DNA of 64,000 bases from Takakia lepidozioides (taxonomy: Eukaryota; Plantae; Bryophyta). A model generated the notes under the pieces. The model had not been told where the DNA came from. It saw only the letters and a program-made list of their open reading frames with translations, and did not search any database. The translations under genes and the position numbers were made by a program. Of the stretch, positions 1 to 11,188 are shown one piece after another. Numbering within the stretch: the first letter of the stretch is position 1; each line of letters starts with the position of its first letter. The stretch is taken from assembly GCA_030704615.1 (NCBI GenBank), contig CM060734.1, positions 5,580,001 to 5,644,000 of the forward strand, written 5' to 3'.

Positions 1-495
1 AGGGATTGGGACACCAAGTTAATTTTGGCCTTGTGGGCATTTCGCACAACCCATAAGGTAACTACTTGACGTACCCCCTTTTCATTGGTTTATGGGGTAG
101 AGTCCATCATGCCAATCGAGACAGAAATCCCATCTCTGCGATTGGCCATTACCGAATGGTTGGCGACATCAGAGTCATTAAAGGAACGACTCGAGATGTT
201 GGAAGGACTGGATGAACTCCGGCAAGCAGCAGCTCAGCACATTGAGGCAGTGCAACGGCGAAGGAAGGCTCGCTTTGATGCTAAGCGCAAAAAGAGAATC
301 TTCAATCCAAGAGATCTTGTACTATTATTTGACAGTCGGAACGAGGAGTTCAAAGCCAAGTTCGACTTATACTGGATGGGCCCTTATCTCGTCAAGACAG
401 TCTTTGACAACGGCTCATTACAACTAGAGACACTAAGGGGAGTGGAGTTCCCCAACCTGGTGAACGGTGTCCGGTGCAAGCACTACTACATGTGA
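1..495 (+). pseudogene. Ty3/Gypsy integrase C-terminal fragment
   Basis: Reads DWDTKLILALWAFRTTHKVTT*RTPFSLVYGVE...WMGPYLV...NGSLQLETL..VNGVRCKHY, typical of the integrase core end and GPY/F region of non-chromoviral Ty3/Gypsy; in-frame stop near 68. Confidence 0.9.
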
Positions 496-699
496 GTTCC
501 ATTAACCAATGAACTATTTCCCCCCACTAAGGGAGAGATCTTTAGGATTTCGTCTTGGTTTGTCGGAAGGAAATGTTGGTATTTCCTATCCATTGACTCA
601 TTGGTTATTGGAGCTCCACAACGAGGTGGAGTGCAGGGCAACTAAGTTGCAATAATCCAATGAAACTTCTCCAATGGGAAGAAGTCAGTAGGGCTCTTA

Positions 700-1212
700 C
701 CCAAGTAGGTTATTGACACCCTTTCTTGGAGTTCCGAGGGTAGATCTTGGGATGCGGGGCAACGCAATTGCATTAAAGAGGTGGTTTGTACTCCAGAGTG
801 AATTTTCGGGTAGTTATTGGAATCCACAAGGACAGACCTTGGGATGCGGGGCACATAGCGTGCAGTAATCTAACCCACCTTGCAGAAATAGAATTCGTCT
901 GATATGGCATAAGCTATGAAAACTATGACCATCCAATTGCCAAGTAAAAGATTTCATACATCTTCATTACTAATCACGTGTTGTGAGTTTCTTTTCTTCT
1001 TCACCAAGTGAAGAACCACAGGTGCAGGAATGGGAACAATGGGTTGGCTAATATATGCACTCTTGTTCAATGCACACTGTCGATCATCATTTGTTTTTTT
1101 ATCACAGAGTCTATCTGTGTCTGCTCAAAGCATATCTCGAGAAAAAGTAAATGCTTGCTGTATCAAGCATTCTGCAGTATATTAATGCTCCCTGCATGGA
1201 GCACAGCGACTT
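700..1212. repeat. Dispersed repeat, diverged copy at ~20615-21120
   Basis: Colinear similarity, e.g. TTGGGATGCGGGGCAAC, TACTAATCACGTGTTGTGAGTTTCTTTTCTTCTTCACCAAGTG and CTCCCTGCATGGAGC occur in both copies. Confidence 0.9.
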
Positions 1213-1352
1213 CCCGCACGGGGATTCTAAACCTTAAACCTTTTGTCATTTTCACCTTACCCCGCTACAGCATTCCTCGTAGAGAGAGAAAAGTCAGAAG
1301 CAGTGAGGGGGTAAAAGGTGACTTGTAGAGCAGTGGTTGCTGCTCCCTTCAC

Positions 1353-1984
1353 ATGAGTGAAGGGCGTCAGGCACAGGAAAACCCAGAAGGACCTGTGACC
1401 TCTTCAGACTCCGAGGAGGAAGAGCCTGAGGGGAATTATTCTTATCTTTACTCAAGGGAGTCGTTGACTCCAAGGGATATCAGGGATACCCTAGTAGGGG
1501 ATTTTTACGAACCAGAGATCCTGGATTCTCTTACACTCGGGACGAGTGTTCCCCATTGGTCGCCATATATGTAGATGCATATATTGGTACACTTTTCTTT
1601 TCAGATCGTTTTTTATCATAAGACAAGCGGTTTCGGCATTGTACTGCCAAAACACGTTAGTTTGTTAGTTGTCTGGAAATCGTTGGTAAAGCACGTAGGA
1701 AATTAGACAATGTCTGCGACGACCATGGAGTGGAACTCTGGCGTCAAGATGACCGTAGGAAGCTGCATCGACAGCAGATTAGGCTGCCAATTCGGTACCA
1801 GAAACGGCGAGTTAATCCTGTTCGAACAATACAGGACGGCTGTCCCAGTCCCTATAGCGATGAAATATCGCAACAAAGTAATTGGCCGCATCGGAATGAC
1901 AGCAAGTCAGGACGACTTCAAACGGCGAAGCGTGGACTTGTTAGCGGTGCGGGACAACTAGAGGGGACTCCGGAAAACCTATGA
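1353..1984 (+). pseudogene. Degenerate extra ORF in the retrotransposon 3' region
   Basis: Acidic N-terminus (SSDSEEEEPEG) followed by broken frames, lying between the integrase stop and the LTR; no recognisable domain. Confidence 0.35.
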
Positions 1985-2144
1985 CTCAGTGGCAGGGTCA
2001 AAGACCCCAGAGCCATCACCAGGGATTTGATTTCCAAATATACCACAAAATATGTGTGTAGCGAAAATACGACGAATGGCGAGAAGCACAACTTTTTACC
2101 ACCAATGGAGCTGAGAATCTACAGGCTGATACGGGGTATATAAT

Positions 2145-3122
2145 TGTAGTTTGTCACCAAGTTTGGTGATTTATGGAGCTGATTAGCAGCAGGGCCAAAT
2201 TATTGAGTCGACGGCACTCACAAGGCCTATTATTTGCATTTCTACTTCTTGGATGGATGAAAAATCCTGGAATTCGCCTTGAGGAGCTGGATGGATGAAA
2301 TGACAACTCGCGCCAACTGGTCTTCCAATTGGATGGATGAAAATACAGCTTTCATTTGCCTCTAAGACTTTTCATCCATGTGGAATAGTATATTATAGAT
2401 CCTCCAAAGAAACAATAGTTTAATGAATATTTTCCATTAGTCTATTAGGCACAACAACAGTATAAAAGAGGGGGCAAGGCTTCTCTTATTCTTCATCTAG
2501 CTCATTTGCTTAGTTTCCTCTTGCTTGTTGTTGTAGTGCTTGCTAGCTTTTGGCTTGAGGAGGGGCTAGATCCTAGAGAGTGGAGCTTGAAGCTCTCTAG
2601 TTAGATAGGATTCTTGTAAGCTAAGGCAAGTGGCCTAGCTTGTGGGCCTTTGAGCCATTTTCATTTGTGAAGGAAGAGGGCAATTTCATGTGGAGGAAAG
2701 TGACTTGAGGACGAGTAGGAGGGGCTGGTATGGACTTATGGACGAGAGCCCAAGTGGAGGCTGTATAGAGTACCATTACTTGAGTCGATAGAGCATCCCA
2801 AGCACTCTCGCATAGAAAGGTTGATCCCATCTTACCATTTCACCATTTGTGTATGTGATTCATTTGTTTTCCAAGCAAAGCTTGAAGTTGAAAATCTGAT
2901 TTAGACTCTTCAAAAGAGGAGAGTGCATTGTGGAATCCCATTATTTCATGTCTAGAAGTGACAAGGGGAAGACCCCCATAGTCTATTGGGAAGGGCACCA
3001 ATAGAGGCTTGTATTTGAATTGTTGGAAGAAGGAATCTTTGTGTTTGATTACTAATTTGAAATATAGCCAGCTCTGGCAAAGGCAGACTAGTAGGCTGGA
3101 TCTATGATATCAGGCCACTATA
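2145..3122 (+). mobile_element. LTR (~980 bp), probably the 3' LTR of the upstream Gypsy element
   Basis: Starts TGTAGT after a short G-tract (ACGGGG, 2131-2136), ends ACTATA (ACTACA-like), TATA-like TATAAAAGAGGGGG at 2461, clustered GGATGAAA motifs in U3. No partner LTR in the window. Confidence 0.6.
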
Positions 3123-3375
3123 AGGTCACTATGCGCTAATCCCCCCCCCCCCCCCCCACTAGCAAGCCATGGAGGCCTAGGGGAGGGTGGGTTGTATTTT
3201 TTAGTATTGGGGTTTGGGCGGGCTAGTTTCGCTTGACAGCAGCTGCCCCAAAGTCACGAGCAGCCCGGGAGGAGCCCGGGTGCTGCGCCTAGAGAGTAGG
3301 GACTCGATTACTAAAAGCGTGGAGGCAGCCGTGGCCCAGCCACGACGTACGGGAGCGAGGCCCCAGCGCTGACCT
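3123..3375. mobile_element. Possible 253-bp MITE-like element
   Basis: Ends AGGTCA(ctat)GCGCT ... AGCGCTGACCT form an imperfect inverted repeat; TA on both flanks; GC-rich non-coding interior with a C run. Confidence 0.35.
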
Positions 3376-6219
3376 TAAGTCGTACTCTGAGGAATCTCTT
3401 GTTCCTGCAGACCAACCCGTTCGGCGGATATGGAGAAAAGTTCGGTCAATGACTCGAACTCTGGAAGTGCCTCGGTTGATACCGAGTGCACCATTACTTC
3501 CCTGCCTTGGTTTTCTCCAAACAACCAGGCCATGCAGTCTGCATCAGACTCGCATTCATACAATCCCGGTCCTAGAGACTTGACTGCGTCTTCTAGTCCT
3601 ACCTTCCTTCGCTTAACCTCCTTGTGAGGCGCGGCCGCTGTTGCTAAGTCTCGGTGGGCGTGCGAGGTGGGGAGGAGCTCTCCCTCTGACCACAAATCCT
3701 CTGCACTCAAGTCTGCAGACTCCTCTTCAGAGCCAATCATGCTGAGCTCATCCTCATCTGTTTCTTCGTGAGGTGCTCCTGAAAGAAATGCAACAGTAGT
3801 AGTGTAAGGTCTTACCCCATGAGTAATGGTGCCTGCCCCCCAGTCTGTTCGTGCCCTGGACTGGACCAACCATGGCCTCCCTAATAGGAGTGCATATGAA
3901 TATTCGTCGATGGGGAAGTCTATGATTTGGAAGTCTACTGCATACGTGTAGCCTCCTGTCTTCATCTTTATATTTGCTATGTGACCCACTGGTCGGATCT
4001 TCCGCTAGTCAGCTAGCCTGATTGTCAGAGGGGATTCCCCTGTCATGTTCAAACCCAGTTTGGATAGAGTGGAGAATGACGTGATGTTGTGGTGGGCCTG
4101 AGCATAAATGCTCACTCGCTTCCTCACCAATGATGCCTTAAGAGCGTGGCGGACTCTAGGCGCCATGGCTATGAGCTGTGCAAACGTAATGTTTGCTTGA
4201 ATATGGCGAAGATCCTCCATTAGATTGTATGGTTCCAGCTCGTCTGTGAACCGCATAGTTGAATGCATCCTCCTCCGGGGAAGCTTTTCTGGTGCCGCCA
4301 GCCGATTCGCCGGACTCTTCGCTCTTGATACAAGGGGTCGAGAAATGGTTGGTCGGACTATTGGAGATTCCGCCTCTACGAATGCTACCTCCTTTTCTTT
4401 GGGATGGATGTCTTCCTCCTCCCGAAGCACAGTCTCCGCCACCTTTCGTGCATCTGACTTCATTACTGTGAAGTTCAGATCCTCCCATTCCGATGTGGAT
4501 GTGGCTGACTCCAACGCCTCATACCCAGGGCTTTTTCCTAGCGTATCTTGTTGTTGTCGGGTCATCACTGCGTCTTGAAGGCGCGTTGTATGATTGGGTT
4601 GTACGTTGGTCTGCTGTTGCTGAGGCGGCGCCGAGGTAGACGCTTGATGTCCTCCCTACACCCTTACATCATGAGGGGGAGACCACGTGTTAGAAGAACC
4701 CTGGGCTATCTGAGCCGTAGGATTTGAATAAGCTGCTCTGCAGCCTATCCCTGAGCGGCATTGCCCCCTGAGTATGATGGACCTGCCTGATCGGGCCTAG
4801 GTCGTTGTGCTATCTGTGTTGGTGTAGCAAAATACATGCTATGCTGTTGCGGTAGAGGGTTGAGTGGTTCAGTTGCATACTGATCCGGGAATGGAGCTCA
4901 TTGCCCTTCCAAATTCCTCTCTACTTGCTGGATGGTGGCAGAGGCCGGTCGGTCCACCTGCCTCCAGGAACATCTCTCTAAGGGATGGCCTCTTTGGCCG
5001 CAATGCAAACATACTGTATCACTCCAACAGTCTTCTGTTGGGTGAGTGGTCCTGCCACATTTTTTACAACCTTTCCTGGATTGACTGAATTGTCGTTTAG
5101 ATCTATCCTGATAAGTCGGGTTTCGGCTTACCTGCCTCTCCCGGGTGGGATAAGGACAATGTTGAGCAGCATGCCCAGGACCGTCGCAATTGGAGCACCA
5201 TACCTTTGCCGGGTTGGGGCCGGATTCTCCTACTGGAGCAGCATCTCGATACCCCACGTAGCTGGTGATCTGCTGGCTGATGGAGCTCATGCGATCGCCC
5301 ATTGCTTCAATGGTTTTGATGAGAGAAATGGCCCACGCGTGAATCAGACTGCCCAGTGGAATCTGCATACGAGTTAGTAGGGGCAACATTCGTATATTGT
5401 GGCACGGTCGGTGCTACTGCTGGTGTAGGGGGCATCGCCGGGGCGTATGGCCGTGCTCCTCCTACATATGACGACGTATAGTGTAGAGCGGGTTGAATCA
5501 CCGCTAATGGCGTCGGCTCCTGCATGGGCTCGATCGTAATGTATGATGGAAGTGCAAAGTTGGGCATCTTGGCCCGTTGTACCTGGCGATGCATGTTGTC
5601 GAACTCAGCCGGCTTGTATGGCATCTACCAGTATTGCAGGTCTTTGCTGCAAAACATGAAAGTGAGTGGTCTCTCGTAATCCACTCAGAAAACAATCCTT
5701 CAGTACCCCATCATCTAGGGGAGTTAAAGGGTTTTGGAGTCGCATCAACTCCCGAAATCGCATTTCAAAGTCTGCCACCTCCTCTGTGGGGCCTTGGCGG
5801 ATCCTGGCCAATGCCATCAAGACACTGGTGAACTGGTGGACCGCTCGAAAATGATCTAAAAATGCATCCCGAATCTGCTGCCAAGTGACGAATGTACCTG
5901 GCGCCTGTTGCCAATACCAAGTGGACGCCCTACCCCTCATGGTCGTGGGAAACCATATCAACCAATAGGCATCATTTAATGCTTGGTTAGAATAGCAACA
6001 CTGAATAAAGCTTTTCACATGATACTCTGGGTTTTCATGTGCTTCCCCATAAAACCAAGGCAAATGCCTGGGTAACGTTAACGGGGGCAGGCCTGCTGGG
6101 ACCACAATAGGTACCTCAGGAGGTCCTGGAACATGTGCCATAACTGACACTAACGACGGCAAAGGGCTCCTCGACCTGGCCGGTGGTGTATAAGGGGGAC
6201 TAGATACAGGGGAAACCAC
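3376..6219 (-). pseudogene. gag: Ty3/Gypsy gag-protease remnant
   Basis: Retrotransposon gag core (FYGEAHENPEYHVKSF...FPTTMRGRASTWY), three CCHC knuckles (CSNCDGPGHAAQHC, CKKCGRTTHPTEDC, CLHCGQRGHPLERC), protease C-half (IRLAD...LLLGRPWL); frameshifts and stops; truncated at 3376. Confidence 0.88.
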
Positions 6220-6239
6220 TCGTGAACCTCTGAAGAGCT

Positions 6240-7799
6240 GTCAGTGTTCTCTCCTTCCCACTCTATCCTACCCAAACTTCTAGCTTCTGAGTCTAATTAT
6301 GGACTCAATGCTGGGCGTTTCCCTAGCAGTTTATCTCTGACGGCTTCTCGAGCCAGTCTCCTTTGCAACCTAGTATCAAAGGATATGCTATCCAAGCTTG
6401 GGAGTGTGGCTCTTGATCCTGAGCTAGACATACACTCACTGTTGTGCTGATGAGGATTCTCCTACCTCAACCTGTACTAAAGGACCTATATTACCTTGAA
6501 CAATCATGTCAAGAATAAACGAGGTCAGATTTAAATACCTTCCATGGAACCTTGGCGATGGAGGCACGTCAGTGTGCAACTTCTCGTGAATTACCCAGTC
6601 TTCAAGTGGTCGGGGCACGTTGAAGTACCTACACTCATCCAACCTGCGCACATAATGGGATGCCAGGAGCTGACATACGTGGCAATGAGTGAAGAAGTCT
6701 ATCTGCCACCGTAGATGTGCCACAAAAGAAGATCTGGGTGCAATGCTCCTAGATAAATTCCAGGGCATGAACAATACGGCCAGTTGAGCCTGTCCTTACA
6801 CCAGTAGAAATGCAAAGCATACTTTGCAGCTGCGAGATCTCTACCGATATTCAAAGGTAGGTTACCTAGACTGTTGCTGCCTCTTCCTCGTCTATTTCCA
6901 CTAGTGACTCTGGTACTGAGGTACAAGGAGAGCTGCTAACCGAGGAAATAGCATGCACTAACTTTAATGGAATGAGAGAAAGGAAACTTGTGGGAATTTC
7001 CCGTGCAAAGTAAAATGGCGGCGGTCGTTCTGGATCCGCAATGACGCCTTTGGGAGCCGCTAAAGGACGTCCTTCAATCTAAGTGATGTCGTGTATGGTG
7101 GGCGCCACGTCCAACTGCCCGTTGGTGATCAATTCGATGATTAGTGCTGCCTCACTCTCACTGCGACTGCTGTAAAATCTGGGTGGACAAATGTAGGTGA
7201 TAGTAGTGTTCGGGTAGCCATGTCAAAAGAGTCCTCTGAAGAAACAGTAGTATCAGAATCCTCGTCCCCTCTTAGGTGTTTTAACGGCCGAACTTTAAGA
7301 GGAATCCCGTGTGGCATACAATGTGGTCCCACCATGTCTGGAAGTTTAAACTGTATAACTTGCTGTAAGCGCTTGCAAGCAAAATTAGTGAACACCCTGA
7401 ACTCCTTATCCGTATAGGTGAGAGGTGTGCCAATGACTTTGGAACAGTGTAAGTATTTCCAGGCTTCATGTCCCTTAAAGAAAATATCCTCAGGGCCAAA
7501 TTTCTGTGTTGTCAAATAGTTCCAAGCCGAATTAAACCATGAACGAAGTTAGGAATCCTTCTGCATCATAACTTTTCCATCATATAGGTGCATATGAGGT
7601 GGCATTGAAGGTAAGATCCAATGATCCCTAATGGAATAACTCAGAAATCGTGATTGCATTCTCTGCTGCTCAATGTGATAACGTGCCAGAAAACAAGCAG
7701 CATAGTATAATCCACAGCCCATAACAATACTAGATACCTCCTTGGTCTTGGTATAAATGTACCCATGTACAACCTGGAAGACATTGTTCTTTATAGCAC
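6240..7799 (-). pseudogene. Degenerate ORF(s) upstream of gag
   Basis: Coding-like ORF pieces 6436-6774 and 7141-7515 on the gag strand; no domain recognised. Confidence 0.35.
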
Positions 7800-7839
7800 C
7801 ACTAAAAAAATGCGCAGGTGTAACATGATATGTCTTTTT

Positions 7840-8080
7840 TCATACCTTAAGGAAATCTGGTTTTTTAACCATAAAGCTGGCTGATATGGTGAAAAGATGG
7901 GCAGCACATTGTTGCCAATGTTCTTATTCACATGTTCATGTTGTGAATCACGGGCAGTAGACTACTGCCACTGGCTGAAGAACACAAGTTCTTATTCATA
8001 CCTTTGGAAAAACGGTTCTAACCATAAAGTTGGCTGATATGGTGGAAAAATGTGCAGTAATTTACTGCCATCGGTTGAAG
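7840..8080. repeat. Two-copy ~156-bp diverged tandem repeat
   Basis: CATACCTT...TAACCATAAAG(C/T)TGGCTGATATGGTG repeated at ~7841 and ~7997. Confidence 0.7.
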
Positions 8081-8289
8081 AACACCTGTAATTTCTGAAC
8101 TCTTGCATGCCCAGCTATATGAATGTTTTGTCCATATTTTCTCTTGACTTGGGAAGCAAAGACTGTAGCTTTTTAACCGAAGATAAAACTACATCGCACG
8201 GAGATCCTTCCTTGGTCTCTACTTCTTTACAAGAGCTCGTTGACAAGATAAGAGGTAACATGGAAAACGCATGACTCTATATTCTTGCC

Positions 8290-9360
8290 AAGTTTGATTT
8301 ATGCTATGCCAATGTTCACTCGTGATCTGAGGGCAGAGAGAATGTAGACCTTTTATCTTTTTGGTATTCAAGTCCAAGGATAGAACTACATTGTAGAGGG
8401 AGAGCCTTATGAGAATGGGTCTGGTATGCACTCCCTTACGGGGTGAGTGCATACCACACTCACTCCATAAGAGACTGCCATACCAAGGGTTGGATGGTGG
8501 GCGCCCCCTCTCTCCCTCTCTCCAATTATCTGTTTGGGATTAACAATTTTTTTCCTAAGCCTACCTGGTTTGGAAATACCTTCTTTCTAATCCCTAATGG
8601 AATATGTCTTGAATTTCATCCATACCGGATGAAAAAATGCCAGGTATAATCCCTAATTGGATGAATTATTGTCTTGAGCTTTACCACTAAGGATGTAGCC
8701 TGCAATTTTTCATCCATGATGGATTACATCCATCCTGGATGTTACCCTAACGGATGCAACTCTAATGAAGTGCAAAATTTCATCCCAGTGGATGAAATCA
8801 CGGGATGGTTTGCTAACCGCCTCTCTGCCCTAAGCACGGCACGATACTCGTGCTTGTTTTCTCTGGAGGATGGTGATGGCGGCTGAGCTGAGTGCTCGAG
8901 CATCACGATGCGCGTGCATTTTTTTTTTTCTTGCGCGATGGCGGCAGGCTCTTCCATTTCCCGCACTGGCAAATGACCTATTGTTGTGTTTGCCTGCAAT
9001 CTTTCTTATTCATGAACCAGCGGCGCTCATAAGGTGATGGGGGAAGTATCATGCACTTTGTAAATATGCACTTTGTCCTCAAGTATCCCAATTTGTTGCA
9101 TTCTGCTGTGATCTCTTGAGATTCAGGTGTTGAATGCCGCAGCGTCCCACTCCACAAACGATCAAAGTTCTCTGTGGTGTCGCATCTATGTTTTACTTTT
9201 GATCAATTTGCTCACTGTAGAATGCATGTTGGACATGGATAGCAACTGTGAAGACCTGCTACTCACCTCGTGCATCCTCACTAACACACATCTTGATGTG
9301 GTGGTTTTTGGGACGGGCACGGGTGAGGGTCTTCACTCGATGTGTATTTTTTCAGTTTGC
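8290..9360 (-). repeat. Old LTR-like repeat, copy 1 (copy 2 = ~10310-10569 plus 18894-19740)
   Basis: 8417-8466 is identical to 10437-10486; 9270-9337 matches 19652-19719; GGATGAAA/TTTCATCC motif clusters in both copies. Confidence 0.7.
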
Positions 9361-9470
9361 AGATGATCAAAGGACTTGGCGATGGTGACGATTGACGCTA
9401 CATACTGCTTCAGTGGGGCATCCGATACGATTCGGCCTCTCAACCTTAATCCTTTTTGGTTTTTATGGGT

Positions 9471-9593
9471 TGTAACCTGAATATAAGTCAGTTTTCTGGT
9501 ATGATACCAGTCTGAACTTTGGCACCATATTAGTGGGGTTTTCAACCTGATTGTAAATCAGTTTTCTGGCATGATACCAGTCTCAGCTTCGGC
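9471..9593. repeat. Two-copy 70-bp tandem repeat
   Basis: AACCTGA...TCAGTTTTCTGG(T/C)ATGATACCAGTCT at ~9474 and ~9544. Confidence 0.75.
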
Positions 9594-10569
9594 TGCATTT
9601 TGATATGGTGCTGGAGTACCATCTCCAGACCTTATAAGGCTATCCAATGATGCTTAAGATAGGCCTTCTCATGCTGATTTAACACGGTAAGTACCAAGCG
9701 GTACTTTTTGAACATTGAGGTCAGAGTTCTAAATTTAAAACAGCCCCGGTTACACTGTTTTAACTTGGAGATTACCAAGCAGCTGGCGTGATGGGCTTTT
9801 CAGATTACATAACACCTGTTTTAAGGTTGCCAAGCGATGCCATTGGAACCATCCTTTGAATTTGAAACAGGTTCAGTTTTACTATGTTAACTTACACACC
9901 TTATACATGATACGGTCAATGCACACTACTTTTGTTAGCTAGTCTCATGTAGCCGATGCCTTATATCATAATCAGATACCTTATGATTGAGTGACTACCA
10001 TGTCCTTTGATCAAGTGCTTCTATACTTCTCTTAGATATGGCTTTGCTCCTTGTGGCACCATAAGAAAATACCCAACTCTAATCTGTTGCTAGAAGATGT
10101 TTTGTCTGTATCACAGGCATGGTACTACAGACCTGAGCTGCTGCTGTATCTTGACAAGGTTCCTTGAACGAGGTTCCTTCCCTAGCCTGTTCTTCCCTGT
10201 GCAAGAACTTATTGAGAAACTGAAAGGTATTTTCTAAAAACTTGTACCTATCCAGAGCTAAGTATACCACTGAACTCTCTGTTCTTTTCTCGTGATACTA
10301 TACCAGTCTTGCTATGATACACTTTATGCCAATGTTTCATTCATGACCCAAGGAAGAGAGGATGTAGGATTCTACTCCCTTGGATAATATAATCTAAGGA
10401 TAGAACTACATGGAAGAGGGGAAACCTTATGAGAAGGGGTCTGGTATGCACTCCCTTACGGGGTGAGTGCATACCACACTCACTCCGTAAGGTTCTGCCA
10501 TGCCAGGGGATTGGTTGGTGGGTCCCTCTCTCTCCCTCTCTCCCTCTCCCTCTATAACTCTTTGGATTT

Positions 10570-11116
10570 TGTAGTGTGAAAAGAAGGGGCGTGAATCCCC
10601 TTCTGGTTAATCCTAAATCTGTACTCCTCCTACTCGTCCCTGTTGAAGTATCAGGGCAAAGGAAAGGAGCGTTCTCTTTTCTGTCCAACCATCGTCATGA
10701 GGCTATATGGGTTTTTCCTTCAGGTTCGTTCGTGATCAGAGTTTGCGGAATCCTCATCCACGCCGCAGCGGAAGAGAAGACATGGATGGGAGTCTTTGGT
10801 TTGTTCTTGCCCTCAAATCTACTTCTATGCAACAGCCTGGCCCTATGCTCACTGCGCCAACAGTGTTGGCGTGATCTTTTATGTGATGCAAGCAGCCCAA
10901 TGGCAGCGGTGAATACGACCCTTAATGTGAACCCCCTTGAGCAGTGACATGTCGGAAATCCCTTTTTGTAATGGTGACACAGATTTAGAGGGAGACAGCT
11001 CAGATCTTCATAAACTGCAGGGGCACTGGTTTTCCTTCAAGATTCATGCTTTCTTCATCTCAATCTCCCCAAGTTGGCCATCCCCCCATCAACCCCTTTT
11101 GCTGAGCAGCTCACTC

Positions 11117-11188
<72 letters not shown>

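Noticed and set aside
2131-2150. Palindromic att junction like that of the 10570-18893 element
   Set aside because: TATATA-AT-TGTAGT is not a convincing inverted repeat.
7800-7815. CACTAAAAAAA as the left partner of the 20614 CACTA end
   Set aside because: TIR match is poor beyond CACTA and the 3-bp flanks differ (CAC vs CAA).
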